A DNA stretch of 64,000 nucleotides from contig JANPIB010000017.1 of assembly GCA_031424775.1 (NCBI GenBank), positions 3,342-67,341 on the forward strand. Reading direction: 5' to 3'. Positions 38,112 through 46,721 of this stretch are shown piece after piece. The first letter of the stretch is position 1, and each line of letters begins with the position of its first letter. Both the position numbers and the translations under genes were made by a program. The DNA is from Chitinophagales bacterium (GTDB lineage Bacteria > Bacteroidota > Bacteroidia > Chitinophagales > Chitinophagaceae). The notes under the pieces were generated by a model. That model was not told the origin of the DNA, ran no database searches, and worked only from the letters and a program-made list of their open reading frames with translations.

Positions 38112-39155
38112 TTATTGTGCTACAGATCCACCACAACTACTTCCTGCACCTGCAGTACAGCCATAGCAATGTTGATTTAAAACGATGTTTCTGTTATTAA
38201 TTTCATTGATGTTAAACTGTGAGAGATGTGTTGATGTATTGCAGTCTACTTTTAGATCAAGCATCTGGTTGAAATCACAATCATAGAGTAGTCCATCCCA
38301 ACCTACTGAAATAGTATTGCGACACATTACATTCTCTGCAGCCGAAGGGTTGAATGAACTTACCAGTTTCTGCATGTACATTTCATAATTTCCACTTACC
38401 AGAAGATAGTCAAGGTATCTACTTATGGGCATGTTGGTGATTACATATAAGTGATTGAAATCAATGCCAAATTCTTTCTTTAATTCATGCTTATACTCTA
38501 GTTCAAGACTGACCTGTGCAGGTGGGAGAAAAGCACCTGCAGGATTATACACCAGGTTTAAGATTAAACCAGTTCCATCTTTGCTATAACCCACTTCATT
38601 CAGCATTTGCAATGCTTTGATGCTATCTTCAAATACCCCATCACCTCTTTGCCTATCTGTTCTGTCTTTAGTATAAGATGGAAGAGAAGAAACAACCTCT
38701 ACTTTATGATACTTAAAGAATTGAGGAAGATCATGGAACTTTTTATTAGCAAGTATAATCGTGAGGTTACATCTTACGATGATATGCCGTTGCAGTTTTG
38801 ATATTTCTTCAACAAACCATCTGAAATGAGGATTCATTTCAGGAGCACCTCCTGTAAGATCAACCGTAGTGAATGAGGAAACATTGTGAAGTACATCCAA
38901 ACATTGCTGCATGGTTTCTCTTGTCATTATCTCTTTCCGGTCGGGTCCTGCATCAACATGGCAGTGCTTGCAAACCTGGTTACACATCTTACCCACGTTC
39001 ACCTGCAATATCTCGGGTGCCGTAGGTTTTAGTGGAAACAAACCTATATCCTGCAACTTATCAGTAAACAAAGGAAACTTATGCTGATGCTCTAATACAT
39101 CCACCTGGTGACCTGCATCGGCTAATGCATTTTTCATTGCCAGTAGTGACTTCAT
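38112..39155 (-). CDS. arsS: ArsS-type radical SAM / Cys-rich-domain protein (TIGR04167 family)
   Basis: CNQVCKHCH radical-SAM cluster motif and a C-terminal Cys-rich tail HCYGCTAGAGSSCGG. Confidence 0.85.
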   Translation of the reverse strand: MKSLLAMKNALADAGHQVDVLEHQHKFPLFTDKLQDIGLFPLKPTAPEILQVNVGKMCNQVCKHCHVDAGPDRKEIMTRETMQQCLDVLHNVSSFTTVDLTGGAPEMNPHFRWFVEEISKLQRHIIVRCNLTIILANKKFHDLPQFFKYHKVEVVSSLPSYTKDRTDRQRGDGVFEDSIKALQMLNEVGYSKDGTGLILNLVYNPAGAFLPPAQVSLELEYKHELKKEFGIDFNHLYVITNMPISRYLDYLLVSGNYEMYMQKLVSSFNPSAAENVMCRNTISVGWDGLLYDCDFNQMLDLKVDCNTSTHLSQFNINEINNRNIVLNQHCYGCTAGAGSSCGGSVAQ

Positions 39156-39177
39156 AATATTAGCGATTGTGTGATTA

Positions 39178-39513
39178 TCACATAGCGATCTCTTTCACCT
39201 TATTCATCATTTGTACACCATGCACAAGTGAAGCACCACCTCTTATAGCTGCAGCTACATGTATAGCCTCCATCATCTGGCTTTCACTCCAGCCTTTCTC
39301 AAAAGCATCATTACTGTATGCATCTATACAATAAGGACATTGCACTCCATGAGCTACAGCTAAAGCAATGAGCGACTTTTCTCTTGCTGTCAAATTCCCA
39401 TCAGAAAATACTTCACCATACCAGGCAAAGAATTTATCTGCCATAGGTTTTTGAAATTCTCCTATTGCTCCGAATTTAGCCAGATCTTCTGCATTGTAAT
39501 AGTGATTGCTCAT
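39178..39513 (-). CDS. AhpD/carboxymuconolactone-decarboxylase-fold 'arsenosugar-associated peroxidase-like' protein
   Basis: 111 aa with the CPYC motif in ALAVAHGVQCPYCIDAY, 22 nt upstream of arsS. Confidence 0.8.
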   Translation of the reverse strand: MSNHYYNAEDLAKFGAIGEFQKPMADKFFAWYGEVFSDGNLTAREKSLIALAVAHGVQCPYCIDAYSNDAFEKGWSESQMMEAIHVAAAIRGGASLVHGVQMMNKVKEIAM

Positions 39514-39522
39514 ACTAAAGTT

Positions 39523-40782
39523 TTAAAATGTATAGTTGTTTAAATAAAGGCTCCAATCATATTTTTTGAATTCAATACTGGTACTTGCATTCACTCCAGG
39601 CACACCGTTTTGTTCCAATAACTTCCGCATATTCTTTTTACCACCAAAGTCAGCCCTGAACCAACTCATAATTGCTGGAAGATGAATGGTGTTTTGTACC
39701 AAATCAAATTCTGCTTCACTATTTAAATAAGCTTTGGTAGCAGCATTAAGCTGCTCATTGATTTTAGATGATGTAAAAAAAGCAATCGGCGGACAACTCT
39801 TTGCTCCACAGTTTAAAGCAAAGTGAATCCGATAATCCACTTTATCAACTCTTAATATTTTTTCAATCTTACCTGGGAAAAAACGATTTACATAACCAAG
39901 ACTCCATTTTGTTTTCGACCTTCTTAAAATACCATGTTCAATTTCATCCAGGCTCCATGCTCTCCCTGCTATATTAATCAGTTTCGCTTTAAAAAACTTG
40001 TTTCGGCTTTTATATTGCTCAGGGTTGTTTTTAAGAAGAAACTGAGTGAAGCCATTGTAAATATTGATCCAAAATGCTTTTTTTCTATCATCACTAGTAA
40101 GTTCATTTTTAAGCGTTTCAATGGTTAACGAATTGAGCTGCTCTTGCAGATGCTTTAACGGTGCACCAGTTTTAGCGGCATAAATAAAATCAGCTGACAA
40201 ACCAAGAATACCTGTATCATTTCTGTTAGTCACAACAGTATCCTTAACAGTAATCGTACTACTATCTACTGATATTTTAGTTGGAACAACTGGTTTTTGA
40301 TTTGTATTCAACCATTGCTCAATGTTCTCTGTGGTCATCTCAGCTGTTGAAGGTATGTCGATTATCAGTCCCATCTTATTTATAACAACAGTATATGGGT
40401 ATGATCCAGGCTGGAAAAATGATTCTATTAACTTATCGGAATCTATCGCTAACGGTATATCGAACAATTTTTTTTTCTGAATAAATGATTTTAGCAACCC
40501 TTCATCCTCAGTTGATATCAAAAAAAATTGCACTCTTCCTTTATACTGATTTTGTAATTCAATAAGATGCGGCAATGCTTTAATGCAGGGATTGCACCAT
40601 GTTCCAAAGAAATCTATTATGATCAACTCTTGCTTTAAGCTGTTAAAATCGGTTACAGAAGTAGTATAGTTGAGTATTTTTTTGACTGAAAAATTCTGAA
40701 CTACATCTCCACTTTCGTACGCTTTTTGAGCTAAGGAAGCCCCACAGAGAAAAGCGAGTATAATAGAAAACAAATACCTCAT
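39523..40782 (-). CDS. Secreted thioredoxin-fold (TlpA-like) / DUF547 fusion protein
   Basis: Signal peptide and FFGTWCNPC redox motif in the N-terminal half. The C-terminal half carries DUF547-like blocks (FWINIYN, LDEIEHGILR, HFALNCGAKSCPP). Confidence 0.75.
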   Translation of the reverse strand: MRYLFSIILAFLCGASLAQKAYESGDVVQNFSVKKILNYTTSVTDFNSLKQELIIIDFFGTWCNPCIKALPHLIELQNQYKGRVQFFLISTEDEGLLKSFIQKKKLFDIPLAIDSDKLIESFFQPGSYPYTVVINKMGLIIDIPSTAEMTTENIEQWLNTNQKPVVPTKISVDSSTITVKDTVVTNRNDTGILGLSADFIYAAKTGAPLKHLQEQLNSLTIETLKNELTSDDRKKAFWINIYNGFTQFLLKNNPEQYKSRNKFFKAKLINIAGRAWSLDEIEHGILRRSKTKWSLGYVNRFFPGKIEKILRVDKVDYRIHFALNCGAKSCPPIAFFTSSKINEQLNAATKAYLNSEAEFDLVQNTIHLPAIMSWFRADFGGKKNMRKLLEQNGVPGVNASTSIEFKKYDWSLYLNNYTF

Positions 40783-40872
40783 ATTATTCCAAGATAAGTA
40801 TCTTTCGCTTATCCTTGTTTTATACGTAAGTTGATGAAAAAAAGTTCCCAGCTTAAGGGTATTTTTTAAACA

Positions 40873-41664
40873 ATGAAATCCATCGCTAATAAAATTGTTT
40901 GGATCACAGGTGCATCTTCAGGAATTGGAGAAGCACTCGCTTATTCTATAGCAAAAGCTGGCGCCAGGCTTATCATAAGTGCTCGAGATGTTGAAAAACT
41001 CCTACTTATGCAAAAAAAGTGTGGTAGCCAAAATGTACAGATTCTACCATTAGATCTCGAAAGCGGCAGTTTGATTGCAAAAAAAGTAACCACAGCAATA
41101 AGTATGTTTAATGGTCTGGACATTCTTATTAATAATGCGGGTATTTCTCAGCGAAGCCAAGCAAATGAAACTGAGTTCCAGGTCTATCGCAGGATAATGG
41201 AAGTTAACTATTTTGGAACAGTAGCATTAACCCAGCAGGTACTTATTTTTTTTCATGAACAGAATAGAGGCACTGTTGCTGTCATCAGCAGCGTGGCAGG
41301 TATTACTGGACTGCCTTACAGAACAGCGTATTGCAGCAGTAAGTATGCATTAGAAGGTTATATGGCATCTCTACGGACAGAATTATGGAAAACAAATATT
41401 AAACTCTTAATTATAAGACCTGGAGCTGTAAACACAAGTATTGCTAAACATGCTTTAACAGGTGAAGGCAAGCCGTTTAATAAAAGCGATAATATGATTG
41501 AGAAGGGAATGGAGCCTGCATTCGTAGCTGAGAAGATCGTGGATGCAATTGCTACAGGAAAAAAAGAGTTGATGATCGGCTCCTTCAAAGAACGTTCAAT
41601 GTTTATTATCAACCGATTGTTTCCTAAGATCGTATTTAATACTGCTAAAAAGATAAAATATTAG
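40873..41664 (+). CDS. Short-chain dehydrogenase/reductase
   Basis: TGASSGIG, NNAG and YCSSK (YxxxK) motifs. Confidence 0.9.
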   Translation: MKSIANKIVWITGASSGIGEALAYSIAKAGARLIISARDVEKLLLMQKKCGSQNVQILPLDLESGSLIAKKVTTAISMFNGLDILINNAGISQRSQANETEFQVYRRIMEVNYFGTVALTQQVLIFFHEQNRGTVAVISSVAGITGLPYRTAYCSSKYALEGYMASLRTELWKTNIKLLIIRPGAVNTSIAKHALTGEGKPFNKSDNMIEKGMEPAFVAEKIVDAIATGKKELMIGSFKERSMFIINRLFPKIVFNTAKKIKY

Positions 41665-41666
41665 CA

Positions 41667-42491
41667 ATGGAAAACATGCTTCAAAAGATAAGTGAAACTG
41701 CATCTTATTTAAAAGAGAAGGGATTTAGCGGAGCAAAAGCAGGTGTTGTATTAGGAACCGGATTGGGTTCTTTCGTTGAGAAGATTAAAGTGATTCATTC
41801 CGTTTCATATAATGATATCCCGCATTTTCCAATATCAACTGTAGAGTTTCACAAAGGACAACTTATCTATGGAAAATTGGGAGATGTTAAAGTGATCGTT
41901 ATGCAGGGAAGATTCCATTATTACGAAGGATATACAATGCAACAGATTACTTTTCCTGTACGTGTAATGAAAGATTTGGGTATCGATTATTTATTGCTCA
42001 GTAACGCTGCAGGAGGGATGAATCTTAGTTATCGTAAAGGTGATCTTGTACTGATAAATGATCACATCAATCAGCTTCCCGAAAATCCACTTAGAGGCTT
42101 GAACGATACAGCCTTTGGTAACAGATTCGTTGATATGAGTATGCCATACAATCAAAAAATTAATGAAAATATTATTACCACTGCATCATCACTCAACATA
42201 ACACTAAAACAAGGTGTATACGTTGCTGTATCAGGTCCTAACCTTGAAACCAAAGCCGAATACCGTCATCTTCGAAGCATAGGTGCAGATATGGTTGGTA
42301 TGAGTACGGTACCAGAAGTTATTGTGGCTAATCATATAGGACTACCATGTGCTGCAGTTAGTATTATCACAGATGAATGTGATCCTGATAATTTACAACC
42401 GGTAAATATTGCAGAAATTATTGCTGTAGCTGGTAAGGCTGATATTTTACTGTCGAACCTTTTAACAAACATTATAGAGCGTTACTCATAG
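41667..42491 (+). CDS. Purine nucleoside phosphorylase (trimeric PNP/MTAP family)
   Basis: GRFHYYEGY, SNAAGG and VGMSTVPE motifs. It starts 2 nt after the SDR stop. Confidence 0.9.
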   Translation: MENMLQKISETASYLKEKGFSGAKAGVVLGTGLGSFVEKIKVIHSVSYNDIPHFPISTVEFHKGQLIYGKLGDVKVIVMQGRFHYYEGYTMQQITFPVRVMKDLGIDYLLLSNAAGGMNLSYRKGDLVLINDHINQLPENPLRGLNDTAFGNRFVDMSMPYNQKINENIITTASSLNITLKQGVYVAVSGPNLETKAEYRHLRSIGADMVGMSTVPEVIVANHIGLPCAAVSIITDECDPDNLQPVNIAEIIAVAGKADILLSNLLTNIIERYS

Positions 42492-42535
42492 AAAAGCAGA
42501 AGTGGCTAACCTGATTTTTGTAAAATAAAAAAGCA

Positions 42536-42559
42536 GGTGAAATCACCCACTTTTTCACC
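42536..42559. terminator. Hairpin between the convergent PNP and GH3 genes
   Basis: GGTGAAA-(10 nt)-TTTCACC, flanked by A-runs upstream. Confidence 0.5.
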
Positions 42560-42586
42560 TCAATTGAACCTAATAAAAATTAAAAC

Positions 42587-44752
42587 CTATAGCCTTATTA
42601 TAGAATTTAAACGAATGTCTTTTGAAGAACTACCTATAATAATATTATAAATACCACCATCTATAACCCATATATTTTTTACATCATTAAAATACTGGAA
42701 GGCATCTTCGTTTAAAGTTATGGTGATCGTTTTTTGTTCTCCAGGCTGCAAAAATATTTTTTGAAACCCTTTCAGTTCTTTTGTTGGTCGAGGCAGTAAT
42801 GCGTTTGGTTGTGCTACATATATTTGTGCAACCTCAGCTCCAGCCCTTTTGCCTATATTCTTTAAATTAAAGGTGATGATAGCTTTTTTACCTGTTGCTG
42901 TGACTTTAAGGTTACTATAGGCGAAAGAAGTATAAGACAAACCATGTCCGAAAGAAAATTGGGGCTCAACTTTGTAAGTATCGTAATAGCGATATCCTAC
43001 ATAAATATCATCAAGATAATTTACAAGAAGAGTATGAGATGTATCACCAGGGTACTCTCCCAATGCATGAGAACCATGGTCCTCAAGTTTTTTGGGGAAG
43101 GTCATGGGAAGTTTTCCTGATGGATTTACCTCACCAAAAAGAATCTTCGCCAACGCATTTCCACCTTCCATACCTGCGTACCAGTTTTGTACTACAGCTG
43201 GCACTTTTTCGATCCACTGATTCATATCTATTGCACCGCCACCCATCAATACAACAATTGTTTTAGGATTTGCCTTTACAACTGCATTAATTAATTCGTT
43301 CTGTCCAAAAGGCATTTTCATATCCGGTTTATCTATGTCTTCAGCATCATATGCATTATCGCGCCAAACGCTGTAATTATAACCATGAGTCCATCCACCT
43401 ACAAATATTACAACATCCGCTTTAGCTGCAACTTGTGCAGCTTCGTTAATAAGATCAATGTTAGCTTCGGCTCCTCTTGTTATATCATATCCTTTTGCGT
43501 AGACAATGTTTACATTGTCTCCTAACAAATTTTGCAACCCTTGCAACGGTGTCACTTCATAAAATGCTTTTACCTGAGAACTTCCACCACCCATTGATTG
43601 CTTTCTTTCAGCATTGTAACCGATAACAGCAATTGTCTTAACAGCCGTCTTATTCAATGGCAGAATTTGATTCTGATTTTTAAGAAGCACTATGCCTTCT
43701 TCTGCAATCTTTAGTACTGTTTGTTGATGTTGCTTGCTATTGTACTCTCCTTTTTTTCTTCCGCCATCAAGCATTTTTGTTTTACTCATCACATATAGGA
43801 TTCTGCGAACTTTCTCATCCAAAAGGTATTCAGGAAACTTACCTGATCTGACAAGCGAGATAACAGTATCACCCATCCAGAATTTTCCATAATCCGGATT
43901 GGGTAACATATGCAAATCAGTTCCCATTTCAAGGTCCATCCCATTCCAAAGTGCCTGCATTGTATTATGCACAGCGTCCCAATCACTCATAGCAATCCCT
44001 TTAAAGCCCCATTCGTTTCTGAGTATTTGGGTAAGCAGGTAATGGTTTTCAGAAGCCCATTGGCCTCTAAATTTATTATAAGAACCCATGATAGTGTTAG
44101 CACCTGCTTCTTGAATTGCCGCTTTAAATCCGGGTAAATAAATTTCTCGCAGAGCTCTTTCACTCATATTTACATCAATAGTAAATCGTTTGCTTTCCTG
44201 GTTATTTGCAGCATAGTGTTTAACACAGGCAGAAATACCCTGATCTTGAATTCCCATGATATTTCCAACTGCCATTCGGGAAAGGAGATATGGATCTTCG
44301 CTGAGATATTCAAAATTTCTACCGTTAAGTGGAGACCTGATAATATTGATACCAGGACCAAGTATTACATCTTTACCACGAAAGTTTGCTTCACTACCTA
44401 ACACAGAACCAAATGCATAACCAAGTTGCGGATTCCAAGTTGATGCAAGGCACACTCCAACCGGCAAATAAGTTCCTGAATCAAGTTTATCATTATCAAG
44501 TTGCCAGTCTCTTCCATGTTCTGGACGAACACCATGCGGACCGTCAGAAGTAGTCAGTTCTGGAATTTTCAATCGCTTAACACCACCAGAAGTAAAAGAC
44601 GATGATGCATGAATCATGTTCACCTTCTCCTCAAGGGTCATTTTTTTTATCAGTGCGTTGATCTTTGCAAGGGTATCTTGTTTTTGTGCAGAAGATATAA
44701 TGCTAAACAACAGATTTATGAAAACAAACGTAAAAGCAATTAACCTTTTCAT
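42587..44752 (-). CDS. GH3 beta-glucosidase
   Basis: 721 aa with a signal peptide, a GH3 N-terminal domain containing GIAMSDW (nucleophile Asp region) and a C-terminal FnIII-like domain. Confidence 0.92.
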   Translation of the reverse strand: MKRLIAFTFVFINLLFSIISSAQKQDTLAKINALIKKMTLEEKVNMIHASSSFTSGGVKRLKIPELTTSDGPHGVRPEHGRDWQLDNDKLDSGTYLPVGVCLASTWNPQLGYAFGSVLGSEANFRGKDVILGPGINIIRSPLNGRNFEYLSEDPYLLSRMAVGNIMGIQDQGISACVKHYAANNQESKRFTIDVNMSERALREIYLPGFKAAIQEAGANTIMGSYNKFRGQWASENHYLLTQILRNEWGFKGIAMSDWDAVHNTMQALWNGMDLEMGTDLHMLPNPDYGKFWMGDTVISLVRSGKFPEYLLDEKVRRILYVMSKTKMLDGGRKKGEYNSKQHQQTVLKIAEEGIVLLKNQNQILPLNKTAVKTIAVIGYNAERKQSMGGGSSQVKAFYEVTPLQGLQNLLGDNVNIVYAKGYDITRGAEANIDLINEAAQVAAKADVVIFVGGWTHGYNYSVWRDNAYDAEDIDKPDMKMPFGQNELINAVVKANPKTIVVLMGGGAIDMNQWIEKVPAVVQNWYAGMEGGNALAKILFGEVNPSGKLPMTFPKKLEDHGSHALGEYPGDTSHTLLVNYLDDIYVGYRYYDTYKVEPQFSFGHGLSYTSFAYSNLKVTATGKKAIITFNLKNIGKRAGAEVAQIYVAQPNALLPRPTKELKGFQKIFLQPGEQKTITITLNEDAFQYFNDVKNIWVIDGGIYNIIIGSSSKDIRLNSIIRL

Positions 44753-44949
44753 AATTTCATGATTGAGAATTCAGTGGAATCGTTATCTATCAGAACCTCA
44801 CTTTGTTTTTGTTCTTCCTAGGATATTGACGAGCCCAATAAGAATTTTTTAAAATGTTCTTTTCCAATAAAAGGTGTGAGCACTGACTAGAAAACCAGTG
44901 CTGTACCATTTATATGATTGCTTGCTTGTAGTAAAATGCAAATGAGAAA

Positions 44950-45792
44950 CTATTCTATCATTTTATAAACACGTATGTAGTCAATCAACATTGTTTGTGG
45001 AAATATACTGTCATCAACACCTTGTGCACCACCCCAATTTCCGCCAATTGCAAGATTTAGAAGTAAATGAAAACGCTTATCGAAAGGCCAAGCTGCAGCA
45101 CCTTTTCCTTCATTTACAAAAGTGAATACAAGTTGATCGTCAAAATAACCGCGAACAGCATAGGGTGTCCAATCAACTCTGTACTTGTGAAAATCACTTA
45201 TTGCTGTAGGAATAATTTGTGATGAAGTTTTCTGTGTTCCAATACTATGATTGTAAGATTCGGTATGTACACTAAAGTGAACTTTATTAGCATCATAACC
45301 AACATGCTCCATAATATCGATTTCTCCAGATTTTGGCCAGTTTCCATAAGCCCAATCTGTAGGCAACATCCAGATGGCTGGCCAAGTACCTCTTCCAGAA
45401 GGAAGCTTTGCTCGTGTTTCAATTCTACCATAAAGAAAATCACCCTTATTTTTAGAAACTAACCTTGCAGATGAATAATTAAGCCCACCAGTCAATTCTT
45501 TTCTTGCAGTAATCTCTAAATTTCCATTCTGCACCTTAGCATTGTTCTGAAGATTGGTATAGTATTGCAACTCGTTATTACCCCATCCACCACCTCCAAG
45601 ATCATATCCCCATTTGGCAGTATTTGGAAGTCCAGCAACATCAAATTCATCAGACCAAACAGGAACAGTTTCAAATTGCCAGTTTTTATCTACTGGTGGT
45701 TGAGGAGTGAACACTGTACCCCCACCTGTTGATTTTTTAGAACATGATGACGCAAACAGCATCACCACTAATAACAGATTTATCATCTTCAT
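44950..45792 (-). CDS. GH16 endo-beta-1,3-glucanase (laminarinase-type) lipoprotein
   Basis: EIDIMEH catalytic ExDxxE motif and lipobox FASSC. The start is moved to the ATG at 45792. Confidence 0.9.
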   Translation of the reverse strand: MKMINLLLVVMLFASSCSKKSTGGGTVFTPQPPVDKNWQFETVPVWSDEFDVAGLPNTAKWGYDLGGGGWGNNELQYYTNLQNNAKVQNGNLEITARKELTGGLNYSSARLVSKNKGDFLYGRIETRAKLPSGRGTWPAIWMLPTDWAYGNWPKSGEIDIMEHVGYDANKVHFSVHTESYNHSIGTQKTSSQIIPTAISDFHKYRVDWTPYAVRGYFDDQLVFTFVNEGKGAAAWPFDKRFHLLLNLAIGGNWGGAQGVDDSIFPQTMLIDYIRVYKMIE

Positions 45793-45811
45793 AACTCTTT
45801 TATTCGCCTTT

Positions 45812-46699
45812 TTAAATAGAAACAAATGTGAATTGCCATGTTCCCCATCCGTAATCAAGTTTTAAAACCATTCTTGTTTGTGTGATTGAAACAATCTGGT
45901 AGGTGATACTTGGCTGAGGCGTTGTTACAGCTGCATCAGGAGGATTAGCAGCTTTATATAAGCCCATATGTGCTCCGGTTCCTATAACTTTTAATTTATT
46001 ATTGGTGATCACATCGAAAGTGAATGGACCACTTGAAACCCAAGGCTGAAATTGAGCAGGTATGTCTGCATTAGGATGGCAACCGATAGCCGGCATCCCA
46101 GCAGGATGTGGATTTCCAGCTTCATCATCAACCCAAGTATCTCCTTTGGTATCAAATGTCATTACACCACCTGTTTTAGTGAATGTCCATTCGTCGTTGA
46201 ATTGACAGCCCCTGGTAGCAACATCCCCAAGGCTGTTAGCCCACCATGTTGCACTATAATCACTAGGACCAATCCACAATGCTCCAGCTTCAGGAGCAAG
46301 CTTCCATTTCTTAGTGCTATTACCAGTTAACATTTTAAGCGGAGTTAATGCAGCAGGGTCATCAAGTAAAACATTGATCACCTGTGAGGCTGTATCCATT
46401 CCACTTTGTCCGTAAGTCAGCAGTCTAACACGATAGGATCCTTTATCAGGAAAGTAAACAGTATCAACTTGCTTACCTAAGGCATAAATACCTGTTGCTT
46501 TATCCCAATCGTAACGATAACTGTATGTTGATGTACTGGTGAGCAAATATTTATTTACCTGTCCAGTAATAGGTGTAACAACAAAGGATGCTTTCGGATT
46601 TGGAGACAGATCATTAACATCATACTTACAAGATGTAAGGAGAAATGTCGAGAGAATTATCACAAAAGCACTATGACGAGCAGTTATAATTTGTTTCAT
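45812..46699 (-). CDS. PUL-encoded surface lipoprotein with an N-terminal PKD-like domain (probable glycan-binding protein)
   Basis: Lipobox LLTSC after the start is moved to 46699, with a PKD-like segment (YDWDKATG...GSYRVRLL). It sits directly after susD. Confidence 0.55.
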   Translation of the reverse strand: MKQIITARHSAFVIILSTFLLTSCKYDVNDLSPNPKASFVVTPITGQVNKYLLTSTSTYSYRYDWDKATGIYALGKQVDTVYFPDKGSYRVRLLTYGQSGMDTASQVINVLLDDPAALTPLKMLTGNSTKKWKLAPEAGALWIGPSDYSATWWANSLGDVATRGCQFNDEWTFTKTGGVMTFDTKGDTWVDDEAGNPHPAGMPAIGCHPNADIPAQFQPWVSSGPFTFDVITNNKLKVIGTGAHMGLYKAANPPDAAVTTPQPSITYQIVSITQTRMVLKLDYGWGTWQFTFVSI

Positions 46700-46721
46700 T
46701 ATCAAATTTTTTGTTGATGAA

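Noticed and set aside
38112-39155. Selenocysteine recoding in arsS
   Set aside because: The ORF is continuous with no in-frame TGA. The tail cysteines are encoded by ordinary Cys codons.
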